From positions 1 to 50,037 of the forward strand of contig JAUCBJ010000218.1 in assembly GCA_032718475.1 (NCBI GenBank): 50,037 bases of DNA. The letters run 5' to 3'. Shown here piece by piece: positions 11,831 through 24,447 of the stretch. Both the position numbers and the translations under genes were made by a program. Every line of letters begins with the position of its first letter. The stretch's first letter is position 1. Source of the DNA: Nemertoderma westbladi (taxonomy: Eukaryota > Animalia > Xenacoelomorpha). The notes under the pieces were generated by a model, which saw nothing but the letters and a program-made list of their open reading frames with translations, did not search any database and was not told the origin of the DNA.

Positions 11831-14800
11831 CATTTTTGAACTTCATTTCCTCTCAGCGATGCACCTAATCCCAGCTCAAAAGGAATGAATCCTTTTACAA
11901 ATCCGCAGGCAGGCACACCAGGATCAACCCAGCACGGTGGTTTGGAGGGGAAAGCACCATGCACCACACAGACCCAAGGTTTTAACATTTCAGAAGATTG
12001 CCTCATTGGTGATGTAAATCCAGTCCATTCGACTTCCAGCACGCAAGGTATAGGTGTCCAAGCCCGTTCAAGATGCTCTGTATGCAAGAAAGATATTCTG
12101 GTAAATGGTAATGGTCACCTTCGCAGGCACAAAGAGAATTCTGGAGGTCCCTTGTGTCCTGGAGCAGGCAAGTTGGCTGACGTCCAGTGTGGAGATTATA
12201 GCAATTCGGAGGAGAAATCTCAGTCAGACGAGCAATTAGTTGGTCCCACATGCAGTGAAGGAAACATGAGAAAGCAGATAGTCCATTGTGCTAACTGTTC
12301 AGTTTGGTATCACCTCTCATGTGTCGGCCTCAGGAAGAAGGATTCAGAATCCCTACCACACTGGTTCTGTGGAACTTGCCTTGATCGACCTCGGACAATA
12401 CTACCAGATGTTGACCCCAGCTATAGTAAATACTTGGAAAATCTTGCATCTTATATTGCCATGCTGAATCAATCCATTCCTGTGTTGGCAAAGATTCCTA
12501 AAGGGGCTAGAATCATGGCTGCAGACGCACTGGCCCCTTTGCTCAAAGAAGCAATTGACAACCCTGTGCCAATAACCTGGGCCCGGCTCCTAGCATTCTC
12601 GTTTGGGGCGTTAGCAAAGCCGATTCCAGCTACAAACGACCATTTGCAACCCTCACTAACATCTAAAGTCAAGCAGCAAATAAGAGACTATATGGCGTCA
12701 CCCTGCCTTCCCAATCCTCGTGTTCCTCTGCACACTACACATCAGCAGCACCAACCATCAAATCTAGATGAAGCAGAACTCATTCGCAAGCGAGTTTCAG
12801 CCAAGTTCATGGATGGCGATGTCCGAGGCGCTGTAAGGATTATCACATCACAGGAGGGTTTTGCAGACCACAGTGAAGATACAATCAATGCCCTCAGGGA
12901 GAAGCACCCACCTGCCCCACTTGACCTTGATCTCCCACCACCCCCAGATGACACACTAGCAGGTCCAGTTATCACTACGAAGGAGGACGTCCTTGCCAGT
13001 ATCCAGTCATTCCCCCTTTCTTCTGCTGCTGGCCCCGATGGCCTTCGCCCAGGTCATCTCCGTGACATGGTCAGCAGAGGAACTGGAGCTGCTGGTGACA
13101 AGCTGCTCAGTGAATTGACTAGGCTCGCAAATACAGCACACCGTGGGGAAACCCCTAAATTTGCTGTGCCAATCTTCTTTGGGGCCTGTCTCTGCGCCCT
13201 TAACAAAAAGGGGGGAGGTCTGCGTCCAATTGCTGTCGGCAATACATTCCGGCGCTTGGTGACAAAAACTGGCATTAAACCCCTATCAGAAGTTCTTGGA
13301 GCTGAACTAAGGCCCACACAGCTAGGTTATGGAACCAAGGGTGGTTGTGAGGCAGCTGTGCATGCGACCCGGCAATATATCAATGGCACTAAGGAACAGA
13401 AGGTGGTACTGAAAATCGACATGAAGAATGCATTTAACAGTATGCGTCGTGATGTTTTCCTGAAGGCAGCTCGTGATCGTTTGCCAAGTATTTACCCCCT
13501 TGTGTGGCAGGCTTATTCCACACCTACAGTCCTTATTTTCGGAGATCACATCGAATCGGCCACTGGTATGCAACAGGGTGATCCTAGTGGCCCTCTTCTC
13601 TTCGCGGTGGGAGAGGAGCCTGTCACCAAACTTGTTGGTTCAGAGCTGAATATCTGGTTTCTTGACGATGGTACGGTAGGTGGTACTACAGAGAGTGTTC
13701 TTTCGGATGTCGTGGCAATAATACCAGAGCTAGCGAAGATTGGTCTAATAGTTAACGATGCAAAGTGTGAATTGATACTACTCAACCATACACCAGAAGC
13801 CGCTACTGAGACAATCCACAAGTTCAGTCAGCTCCTCCCTAATATTAGGGTCCTAAACAAGGTGGACCAGGTCCTTCTAGGAGCTCCCCTTACACGGGAT
13901 GCTATTGAACCAGCTATCCAATCAAAGCTCAAGTCTCTCGAGGTGATGGTTGATCGGCTGGTACATTTTGATGCACATCAAGGCTTCACCTTACTCAAGA
14001 ATTGTCTGGCAGTCCCCCGGCTACAGTACACTCTGCGCACATCACCCACATTCAACAACACTGGTGACTTGCAGGAATTTGATACAGTTGTCCAAGATGC
14101 CCTTTCTAGTATCACCAATGTTAACTTTCATGCAAAATCCAGTACCCAGGGATCACTACCAGTCAGTCTCGGGGGACTTGGGATCCGTAAGTTGGAAGAT
14201 CTGGCACTGCCTAGTTATATTTCCTCTCTTCATTCCACCGATATCCTCGTTAACTCCGTCCTCTCTAACACATTTGGACTGGAGCCATCGTGTGATTTGG
14301 CAGGAGCCGTCAAGGCATGGAGGGAGAAGTTCTCTTCAGTTGAGGAACCCAGTGGGGCAGCCAGGAATAACCAGAAAGCGTGGGACACTATCTCTGCGAC
14401 TATAACACAGAGAGACCTGTTTGCCAAAGCGGATCAGGTCGAAACAGCACGCCTGGCTGCAGCAGCGCAAGTGGAGAGTGGGCTTTGGCTTCATGCGAGC
14501 CCTATTCCATCTTTAGGGTCGAATTTGGATCCGGAAGCTCTTCGAATTGGTATAGCACAGAGAGTTGGTGCACCTATCTGCCATAAACACACCTGCAAGT
14601 GTGGCAAGGAAGTGGATATTCTTGGGCACCATGCACTGTCCTGCCGAAACAGCATGGGTAGGTTCCCACGTCATGCAGCTCTCAACAATGTGCTGAAACG
14701 TTCACTGAGCAGAGCTGGTCTACCATCTGTCCTGGAACCTACTGGGTTGGATAGGGGAGATGGGAAACGTCCTGATGGTATGACCATCTACCCCTACTCG

Positions 14801-15451
14801 AAAGGCCGGTGCCTGGTATGGGATGCTACATGTGTGGATACCTTTGCCCCATCCCACATCATTCGCTCTGCCATTGAGCCATCCTCAGCATCAGCAGCAG
14901 CGGAGGAGCTAAAGCGTGTGAAATACCGCAATTTGGGTCAGCAGTACCAATTCGAACCCCTGGCCTTCGAGACCACAGGAGTATTCGGTCCATCCACCAT
15001 CAGCGTGTTAAAAGATCTTGGCCGAAGACTCATAGCGGAGTCAGGAGACCCATGCGAGAGCTTGTGGCTGAAGCAACGCATCGGGATAGCCATAGTGAGG
15101 GGGAATGCCCTTTGTGTTCGGGGTTCAATCAGCGCTGTGGAATAGAGTTATTCTCGCCGAGGTAAAGGGAGTAGATCAAAGATTCGTCGAGGTAAAGGGA
15201 GTAGATCAAGGAGTCGTGGAGGAAAGGGGAAGAAGAAAGGAAGATGAAAAGAGAGGAAGATCGAAGGGGTGTGGGAAGAAAGGAGTGGGAAAGTCGATAA
15301 ATAATCAATTCGATGTTGCAGCTGGATGGAAGAAGTTGATGAGAGGAAAATAAACAGTTGGAATGTCATTACAGTACTTTAGGTTAATATGATTGTTTAT
15401 CTTGTCTGTAAATTCAAATATAATTTTTAAGAATATATTACTTCGGTTCGG
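11831..15451 (+). mobile_element. CRE-like non-LTR retrotransposon (RLE type), apparently full length
   Basis: Single long ORF, purine-rich 3' UTR, candidate 13-bp TSD atttttgaacacg at 11818-11830 and 15452-15464. Confidence 0.8.
11885..15145 (+). CDS. Zinc finger + PHD + reverse transcriptase + restriction-like endonuclease, 1086 aa
   Basis: CSVC..HLRRH finger; PHD (CANCSVWYHLSC..WFCGTC); RT motifs SAAGPDG, GGLRPIA, KIDMKNAFNS, GMQQGDP, FLDD; RLE motifs CKCG..GHHALSC, RH, RPDG..WD..EELKRVKY. Confidence 0.93.
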   Translation: MNPFTNPQAGTPGSTQHGGLEGKAPCTTQTQGFNISEDCLIGDVNPVHSTSSTQGIGVQARSRCSVCKKDILVNGNGHLRRHKENSGGPLCPGAGKLADVQCGDYSNSEEKSQSDEQLVGPTCSEGNMRKQIVHCANCSVWYHLSCVGLRKKDSESLPHWFCGTCLDRPRTILPDVDPSYSKYLENLASYIAMLNQSIPVLAKIPKGARIMAADALAPLLKEAIDNPVPITWARLLAFSFGALAKPIPATNDHLQPSLTSKVKQQIRDYMASPCLPNPRVPLHTTHQQHQPSNLDEAELIRKRVSAKFMDGDVRGAVRIITSQEGFADHSEDTINALREKHPPAPLDLDLPPPPDDTLAGPVITTKEDVLASIQSFPLSSAAGPDGLRPGHLRDMVSRGTGAAGDKLLSELTRLANTAHRGETPKFAVPIFFGACLCALNKKGGGLRPIAVGNTFRRLVTKTGIKPLSEVLGAELRPTQLGYGTKGGCEAAVHATRQYINGTKEQKVVLKIDMKNAFNSMRRDVFLKAARDRLPSIYPLVWQAYSTPTVLIFGDHIESATGMQQGDPSGPLLFAVGEEPVTKLVGSELNIWFLDDGTVGGTTESVLSDVVAIIPELAKIGLIVNDAKCELILLNHTPEAATETIHKFSQLLPNIRVLNKVDQVLLGAPLTRDAIEPAIQSKLKSLEVMVDRLVHFDAHQGFTLLKNCLAVPRLQYTLRTSPTFNNTGDLQEFDTVVQDALSSITNVNFHAKSSTQGSLPVSLGGLGIRKLEDLALPSYISSLHSTDILVNSVLSNTFGLEPSCDLAGAVKAWREKFSSVEEPSGAARNNQKAWDTISATITQRDLFAKADQVETARLAAAAQVESGLWLHASPIPSLGSNLDPEALRIGIAQRVGAPICHKHTCKCGKEVDILGHHALSCRNSMGRFPRHAALNNVLKRSLSRAGLPSVLEPTGLDRGDGKRPDGMTIYPYSKGRCLVWDATCVDTFAPSHIIRSAIEPSSASAAAEELKRVKYRNLGQQYQFEPLAFETTGVFGPSTISVLKDLGRRLIAESGDPCESLWLKQRIGIAIVRGNALCVRGSISAVE

Positions 15452-15955
15452 ATTTTTGAACACGTTTTAGAACGAATCCATGCGTTTTAAATAGAATCCA
15501 GATTTTTCTAAAAAATGTTCTAGAACAAAAAATATTCGTCATAGAACATATTTTTTTAAAAACAGTATAGCTAACATGTTCTGGAACATTTTCTATACAG
15601 ATAGTAATATAAGAACTATCTACTACAAAATATAGCTTCTACAAAGGATGTCGGAGTCGGAACCAGTGTTGAAATTGCTATAGCTAAACCTATCTAACGC
15701 CCGTGGCCACATTTTTGGATTTTTAACTGTACTTTTATACTAGCTAGTGTTTTCACTTTTTGTTGTTTTAAATGTTCTAGAACATGTAAGTTATTGATTA
15801 AAATATGATGTTTTTCTATGGTAGCTAGTATTTTTAACGTAGCTATTGTTTAAAAAAATTTACTAGCTATATTTAAAGGCATTACTATGTTATGGGAGGC
15901 ATTACTATGGTATGTATAAGCAAAAATTGAAAATTTTTTCGATTGATTTAAATAA

Positions 15956-17146
15956 TTGTTTCCGTGCAAAATCTGTTCAAACTCACTAATACAAGGAAAA
16001 CAACCTGAAAGTCACATTTTTGAAGATGATACAAACAACCAATCACACCATACGCCAGTACTAACCACTTTCTATCTCCATAGGCTAGAAAATATAAATT
16101 ACGATGGCAGGTGGACCAAAACCTTGGGAAGGAAAGCTTACTTATTCAAAAATGCATCAATGAAGCAATTAGATTCCTACAAGAAAGATATTGAAGCCTC
16201 CATACAACCTTTGCTAGAAAACCACAATACTACTGAAGACAACACAATTGATACGGCAGCAGAATCTTTCATAAAGGCTATCTTGACATCTGCCAATAAA
16301 CATATCCCCTATATCACACCAAGAAGAAGAAAGAACTGGAAACCGCAACTATCTAAAAGTAGAAACGCAAGCACCACCAACACCAATAATCGAGAAACGG
16401 TAAACCCTGAAAACAAACTCAAGCAGATGCAGAAAACGAGAGAACTATCCATGCTACAACACAGGATATATCGAGAACAAGTCACTACTCTTACTCAAGC
16501 ATGTTCAACCAGCCCAAACACATTCTGGAACAAACTGAAAGAAAGAGATGCACACAACAGCCACCAAATGTCACCAGGCAATGCAAATAACCTATATGAC
16601 CACTACAAGAATTTCTATAATAACAACAATCGAAGCTTCTCAACTTCTGAACCGCATCCGAAGTTTCAAGCAGTACCTCATCATCAACAAAATAAAGATA
16701 ACCATAATGACTTTAACCTATTGAGTACAGAAGATATAAACGATGCAATTAAAAAACTGAATAAAGGTAAGGCTGCTGATTCAAACAACATCTCTGCGGA
16801 ACACCTATGTTATGGAAACTCCGAATCTATGTGTAATTTTATTGCTTTTCTCTTTAATGAAATGCGAAGCACGGGATACTTCCCAAACCTTATGTGTTTA
16901 GGACTATTGCTCCCACAGTTGAAGAGCTATGATCGACAAAAAAATCAAATGTCAAGTTACAGAGGTATTTCTATTATATCGATACTACTGAAATTGTGGG
17001 AGCACACAGTGGTGAAGGAACTAACATCTATTGACACAAGTTCCCTACAAATGGCATACAAGAAAGGGATGTGCAATGAAACACCATATCTGACAGCTTC
17101 AAAACTGATAGAATGGTTTAACAAGGGCTCATCTCCTTTACACGTA
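15956..17146 (+). pseudogene. 5' half of ORF2 of a 5'-truncated APE-type LINE, interrupted by the Polinton-like element
   Basis: SHHTPV (end of APE), FWNKLK, LNKGKAADSNNISAEHL, SYRGISIISILLKLWE, QMAYKKG. Homology ends at ...SSPLHV. Confidence 0.88.
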
Positions 17147-18095
17147 AGTAGTAGGGTCTTGGCCGGCTCTGCGACAGTTGGACCCAACTGACACCCATTG
17201 GGTGTCATATGACACCCAATTATCACCCTATGGGTGTCATTGGCGCCAGATTGTCTGGGTGACACCTCCCAATTAGGCTAATTAGACCCTAATTGACAGG
17301 TGTCATCAATTAATTAGTACAATTAAACCCTAACATGTGTCCTATTAGGGTTTAATTGATTATCCTAATTAATCAGACTGATTAGCGCCCTGACACACAA
17401 TGGGTCATCAGTGTTGTCCAACTGTCGCAGAGCCGGCTCAAGAGGGTGTCATAAGTGACACCACAGCTCTGTTATTTATTTATATTTAATTTTAATTAAT
17501 TATCTATATTTTATTTACCTTTATTTATTCATATTTAATTTTAAATTAATTATTCATTTGTACTTTATTTTAAATTAATTAATTGTATTACTTTTACTTT
17601 ATACATTGATTTCTATTTTTGATTAATTAGTTTTTATATTACTTACCGCTACTAAATGAGATCATTATTGGAAGCATCTAACCATAGACTTGCAGCCTTA
17701 TTTAGCCCTAGGGTATACAGCTCCCCTACTGGTAACTAATTACTCCAGACAGCTTTACCGTTGACCTTTGACCTTTGACCCCCAATTAGCTTTAACCAAG
17801 CAACAGCTTATTATTAATAGTTGTATCCAAGCGCCCCGCCCCCTCTGTTACACCTACCGGTAGTTGTAATACCGGTATGTTTCTTTTATTCATTAATACC
17901 TATTTATTTTTATTTAATTTTAATTAATTATTTGTATTCTATTCTATTTATTCGTATTTAATTTTAAATTAATTATTCATTTGTACTTTATTTTAAATTA
18001 ATTAATTGTATTAACTTTTACTTTATACATTGATTTCTATTTTAGATTAATTAGTTTTTATATTACCAATGAGATCACTATGACATAATGTCTAT
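17147..18095 (+). repeat. Left terminal inverted repeat (~950 bp)
   Basis: Reverse complement of 31501-32492 apart from a few substitutions and two small duplications in the right copy. Confidence 0.95.
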
Positions 18096-18594
18096 ATTTA
18101 ACTTTATAATTACCTATTGCATCCCCAGCTCACCACATTCCCGGCAACTATCAACTACGTTCATCGGCGGGGGACCCCTCCTCTGCCATCGCTTTTCATT
18201 AGTAGATACAACAGGCAGTGAATCTATACGTATACCCCCCAGGCAAATATAAATGAGCGATCCCGTCTGTTAGCAGTCCCTTCGATGACTCACTAATAAT
18301 CCCATCGCGGCCTTGACTACAGCAAATCCGTATATCGCCCAAGGCTAATGCTCAAGCGGCCCTCCATTGTTCCCACTATAGCCGGCGTCGCTTTGTCCCT
18401 TTCCTATATCCAGGCAGCCCGTATCATAACAATGAAGCGCCACTAATCACGCATTCCTCTCTACTAATCCCTTTCCTTTGCACCAGACCTGCTTCTGTTA
18501 TACAGCCAACTCAACATAATTAGTCGAGATGTCTACGGGGGTTTTCTAATATAGAATCAACACGAGAAGTTGCCTTGGTAACCGCTTTTGCGCG

Positions 18595-18720
18595 AACAGC
18601 CAATCAGCGGGCTTCATTTCTGCTGCTGCGCTCTGATTGGCTCATTTAAGAGACAAGGGCCTCCCCTACTAACCGAATTGCTATTTAATACATCCCCACT
18701 AATATATTACGTCATTATTT
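18595..18720 (+). promoter_or_regulatory. Putative Pol II promoter of the left transcription unit
   Basis: Inverted CCAAT pair (agccaatcag...ctgattggct), TATA-like tatttaat and CRE-like ttacgtca, just inside the left TIR. Confidence 0.45.
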
Positions 18721-18840
18721 CAATTGCAAGTTACGATTAACATCATTTACCATTATTTTGTTTTCGAATTTAATATTATTTATTTAAGAATATTTATTTA
18801 TTATCATCAGTCAACTATCCAGTTGTATAGTTATATTATT

Positions 18841-19855
18841 GTCATTTCGCCTCGTTATCGTTCATCGTCGACAACAAACTTTCCGCGTATCCGCCGCGTA
18901 ATATTTTTCCGATACCATTCCGTTCTATCGGTTGATAAACTCTCTCGTCGTCCACGTCAACCAACTTCCTCACGAACTTCCAAACTTCTGAACTTCATCT
19001 TTCCGTGAATATTTACTAACACCGTAAGTAAAATCTGCCTTCCACCATCTGACGGTACTATTATTGATGCCGGTAGCAAACAATTTACATTTAATGTCTA
19101 CCGGTATAACAGTATTGCAGTAGGCTCATTATTAATTACTGTCAGACTGTGGTGGTACCGATAGCCTAAACCGTGATCGAAGCATTCGATCAATAGGCTT
19201 ACATCCGCCTATCTGCTTACAGTATTTTTTATCTTTTTACAAATATTCATCTTATTTTTCTAGTATCATTTCGCCGCGTTATCGCTCATCGTCGACAACA
19301 AACTTTCCGCGTATTCGTCGCGTAATATTCCAATATTTCTAATTTCAGATACCATTCCGTTCTATCGGTTAATAAATTCTCTCGTTGTCCACGTCAACCA
19401 ACTTCTTCACGAACTTCCAATCTTCTTCTTTCCGTGAATATTTACTAACACCGTAAGTAAAATCTGCCGGTGTCTGTCATTTCGCCGCGTTATCGCTCAT
19501 CGTCGACAACAAACTTTCCGCATATCCGCCGCGTAATATTCCATTATTTCTAATTTCCGATACCATTCCGTTCTATCGGTAAATAAATTCTCTCGTTGTC
19601 CACGTCAACCAACTTCCTCACGAACTTCCAAACTTCTTCTTTCCGTGAATATTTACTAATACCGTAAGTAAAATCTGCCTTCCACCATCTGATGGTACTA
19701 TCGACGCCGCTAGCAAACAATTTACATTTAATGTCTACCGATACAACAGTATTACAGAAGGCTCATTATTAATTACTGTCAGACTGCGGTGGTACCGATA
19801 ACCTAAACCGTGATCGAAGCATTCGATCAATAGGCCTACATCTACCTATCTGCTT
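18841..19855 (+). repeat. Three copies of a ~190-bp unit, each ending in GTAAGT; copies 1 and 3 share a ~190-bp downstream block
   Basis: tcatttcgcc...ttccgtgaatatttactaa(c/t)accGTAAGTaaaatctgcc begins at ~18841, ~19266 and ~19477. Confidence 0.9.
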
Positions 19856-20380
19856 GTCTACCCAACTACCGATACCGCTTCATTCGAGTTAGCCTAGTGC
19901 CACTGTAGTAACGATATAGACCCTACTGAACAACAATGAATACTGCAGTTTTCACTATATATCCTACTGACTAACTGAGTTCTCACACAGCGATTAGCTA
20001 GGCCTATCGTTGATTTCTATTGGTTAACGCTACCGGTACGTCTGACTTCTGGCAGACTTTTCACTAGCACTACTGCATTGACTGACTGTTGACTGCTGTT
20101 TATAGACCCTCTTTCCACGAATAATAACTGCCATCGCTATTGTGTCTTGGCTATCGCCACTATCTAACCGCTGGTACACTAGCACTACTACACTAGATAC
20201 TGCCGACTGTCTGCTTTATGTTTCACTGACTGATTGCTACAATACAGCAATAGGCCTAACTGTACAAACACAGTATTGTTGCCTAGTAACCGATTAATAC
20301 CTACTGTTTTACTTTATTTTTAGCAAGTATACAGTATTTTTTATTTTTATAAATAATCTACATATTTTTCTAGATTCAAG

Positions 20381-23300
20381 ATGCCAAGATCAACCAATAA
20401 AGTCAGCTGCCCCATCTGCGACAAAGAGATGCGGAGTGATCATCTAAAATCTCATATTAAAATTCATTTCGCGCAATATAGATGCGACTGCTGCCCGACT
20501 TGGTCCTTGGAAAAGAAGACACTGGTTGGCCATCTTGTTTCGTGTCCTCAGGGGGGAACAGGATTTAGTTACGTAAACGAGCCAGCCGATTGCCGCTGCG
20601 GGGATTCGCTCACCCTATCATCCTTTACTGAGCATGAATGCTACTCTCGACTTTTTTCGCGGAAACGCAAAACTCCGACTACCTCCCACTCATCCCCCAT
20701 CAACTCTACTCCAGAACAAGTCGGCGGCGGCGGCTCCAATAATGAACCTTCAACTTCACGAGATTCTATTTCCCCAAACAATCCATTTCAACCACCCTCC
20801 AACGGAAGCGCACACGGACGACTGTTTACCTATAACAATGACCTCGCAGAAACAAGACTCGACGCTGAATTAACATTAAACGAAAATTTTCCACACATTC
20901 AAGAACACGTTAGTAGCCATTTACGTAGTGCCATGGGAACTTTTTTAAGAGTCTGGCTTACAATCAATATCGTAATGGAGCGTGAAACCAGCGAGGGATT
21001 TCAAATTGAATCGTTCTGTTTTAAATCTAGCGGTAACAATAATCAAATTCTGAATAATAGCGACTTTAATAACTGGTTTTCCGGCGCCGTCAATCGTATC
21101 GATCAACTGTTAAGCGTGTTTCTCTGCCTCGGCTCGGGTTGGCGCATAATAGCCATCGAGCGAATAACTATTGAGATTGCGCGTTCCCAACGCAACCCCT
21201 ATTTAAAGGGTCAAGGCTTCAATAATTCTAAATTATTATTAAATAAAAAATGTACCGTAAGCGTAGACTGCCCGCTGGGGGAATGCTTTAAATATGCAGT
21301 ATTAGCCGCCGCAAATTATAAGAAAATTGATAGAAAACAAAATAATATTAGTAGAATTTCAACGTTTACTCCTTTCCTAAACATGTTTGATTTTTCCAAT
21401 TTAAGTTTTCCGGTTTAAGTAACTGGTATTCCCCAGTTTCTGAAAGCCAACCCTATATACTGCATAAACCTTCTTTATTGGAGTAATACGGAAGAACTCT
21501 CCATTTTAAGTCAACCAGATAGCGCGCACTGTTCCGGTAAAACTGTACTAAACTTATTATTTATCGAAGCCACAACCAAAAACCCTGCCCACTATGTAGC
21601 TATTACTAACATAGATAGATTAATAAATACTAAAGCTACTTCTACCGGCAACAAGACGCACTGCGAACGCTGTCTCAGAGCCTTTTACACTGACAAATCA
21701 TTGGGAGAACATCGAGAGCGCTGCTATACGGGTAAACGCCAGCTCGAGTATATGCCCGAAAATCTCTTGGTTAAATTTGACAGGTACGATAAGACTCTAT
21801 CCCCACCTTTCTGTATATACGCCGACATTGAAACTATTCTAGAACCTACAAACAATATTAAACTCCCACAGAAACATATAGCTAGCGCGGCAGCCTTTTA
21901 TACAGTACCAAATCAGAAATTAATTAACCCTCCTAAAACAGATGCTCAAATTTTCCGCGACGATGGCAGTAACCACGTAATGCGCGACTTTCTAACCGCT
22001 ATGGAAAGTCATTGTAGGGAGTTATACGATTGGTCCATTTCTAGTACAAACACGCACGTTCCCATGCAACTCACTACTAGCCAACAAACTGACTTTAATA
22101 ACGCTACACAATGCTACGTCTGCAACTGTAATTTAACCCCTGATTCTCATAATTTAAACCTCAATGACAATCTCAGCACCAAAGTCCGCGATCATGATCA
22201 TTATAGCGGGGAGTATCGAGGAGCTGCTTGCGTCAGCTGCAACAGGAAACTTTCCCTAAAACGGAATAATTTTTATATTATATTTCATAACTTGAGGAAA
22301 TTCGATATGCATTTACTACTAAAAGAAGGAATGACCGATAGTTCTAGAACACACTGGAAAATGACTATAATACCAAAAAACACCGAAACTTATATTCACC
22401 TTAAAGTTAGCTTCCCAATCGATCCGAGTACCCCAACAGCCAACACTAAAGAAAGTATCTCCATTAATTTTCTAGATTCCTATCAATTTATGACTGCCAG
22501 CCTAGATAATCTTAGTAGTTATCTCACTAAAAATAATAGTAACCTAGCAACAGCCATACCCCATACACTAGCTCAAATGACCCAACTCTATCCCAACATT
22601 AGCGATAACACAATAAAAAACAAGGGTGTATTCCCATATTCCTACATTCAAAATATTTCAAACCTACACGAAACTACACTCCCCCCAATAGAAAGCTTCT
22701 ATAATGATCTCAAAATGGAACAATGTAGCGCAGAAAACTATCAGCGCGCGCTTACTACTTGGGATGAATTAAACTGCGCAACAATCTTCGACTATATGAT
22801 TGGCTATTTGGTTCTAGACGTTACCCTATTGGCTGATACTTTCGAGCAGTTCCGATCCCTCTGTCTTACTAATTATGGACTCGAGCCCGTAATGTACTTC
22901 ACTGCCCCTGGATTAACTTACGACGCGGCGCTGAAATTCACGCAATCAGAAATTCAATTACTATCAGACGCTTCCATCTACTCGGACTTTGAAACAAATA
23001 TTAGGGGTGGTCTAGTATTCTTGAATACACATTCCGTAGACGCAAATATTCCCGATAAACCCGACTATGACTCCAGTCTCCCCGAGAAATATCTAATTCC
23101 CATCGATGCGAATAACCTTTACGGCTGCGCCCTGAGCCAGAAACTTCCCTACGCTAATATTAAACTCGTAACTACCCCCATAGACCTAGCTACAGTAGAT
23201 GCAAGCGGGGACACTGGTTATTATTGCATAGTTGATCTACATTACCCGAATGAAATTCATGATTTGACCGCCGATCTGCCTCTAGGAGCGGAGAAGATGT

Positions 23301-24433
23301 CAGTCCCTAAATCCTTTCTTAGCGAATACATGGAAGATCTTTGGGAGCATTACAATCTCACCGATACGGCTACCTGTAGACCATACAACGATACCTGTAC
23401 TAAGCTACTACTACATCAGTTTAATAAGGTTGAATACGGTATCCATATTAAGCTACTTCAGCTCTATTTGAAGCTCGGTCTTAAACTTACACAAGTTCAC
23501 AGGGTCTACTCTTTTTCACAAAAATATATTTTCAAGGACTACATTAGTTTTAATACGAATAAAAGACAGTCGGCAAATAACCCATTCGAGGTCCTATTTT
23601 ATAAGTTGATGAACTATGCATTATATGGGAAATGCCTCCAAAAGGTTAGAGACCGCGTTTCTTTCAGGTTATGCAATAGCGACGAACAATGCGATTTGCT
23701 CTTAGCCAAGCCCAACCACGAATCGTTTGTTGTCTTTACCCCCAACTTGAGTGGTCATACTTTCACTAAAGAGGCTGTTTGCCTAAATCAGGGCGTGTTC
23801 ATCGGTTGCACTATACTAGATCTATCTAAGCTACAGATGTACGACCTATTTTACAACAAACTGAAGCCTCTAGAACAAAAACTGGGTTGCCAGATTCGCT
23901 GTCTAGCCGGTGACACGGATTCTCTAATGCTAAGCGTAACTAATACACCACAGCTAACCTTTCTACGGGCAATGTTTGAGGGTGGTTTCCTAGATACTTC
24001 CAACTACAGTACAACACATCCACTCTATACCATTAAACACAAAGCGGCTCTCGGCTTCATAAAAGATGAGAGCTGCGGTTTGCAGTATAAACAGTGGGTT
24101 TTCCTTAAACCAAAGGTCTACAGTTTTCAATCCTACGATGCCCCAATCAAGAAAACCGCCAAAGGTGTATCTAGATCGGTTGTCGCTAAGCAACTAACAC
24201 ACGAGGATTATGCAGACTGTTTTGAAAACGAGGCAATGCTCTTCCGCTATAACTCTACCCTCACTTCTAGAAAGCATCAAATTTTTACTGGTCATGTCTA
24301 TAAGAAGGCACTAACGCTCTGGGATACGAAATCATATTGGAGTAGTAAATATAGCAGCAAACCATACGGACACTATAGCACTAAGCTTGTTAGACCGGCG
24401 AAACGAGTAGTAATCCCCCCTACTAGAATTTAA
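20381..24433 (+). pseudogene. Protein-primed family B DNA polymerase with N-terminal C2H2 finger and EndoVII-like insertion, ~1350 codons, one in-frame TAA at 21416-21418
   Basis: Track ORFs 20381-21418 and 21701-24433 share a frame and 21419-21700 is open (VTGIPQFLKAN...HYVAITNIDRL..CERCL). Motifs YADIE, FHNLRKFD, FLDS, KGVFPY, LDVTLLAD, DANNLYG, KLMNYALYGK, GDTDS, PKVY; RDHDHYSGEYRGAACVSCN. Confidence 0.95.
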
Positions 24434-24447
24434 TTTAATTTTTCTAG

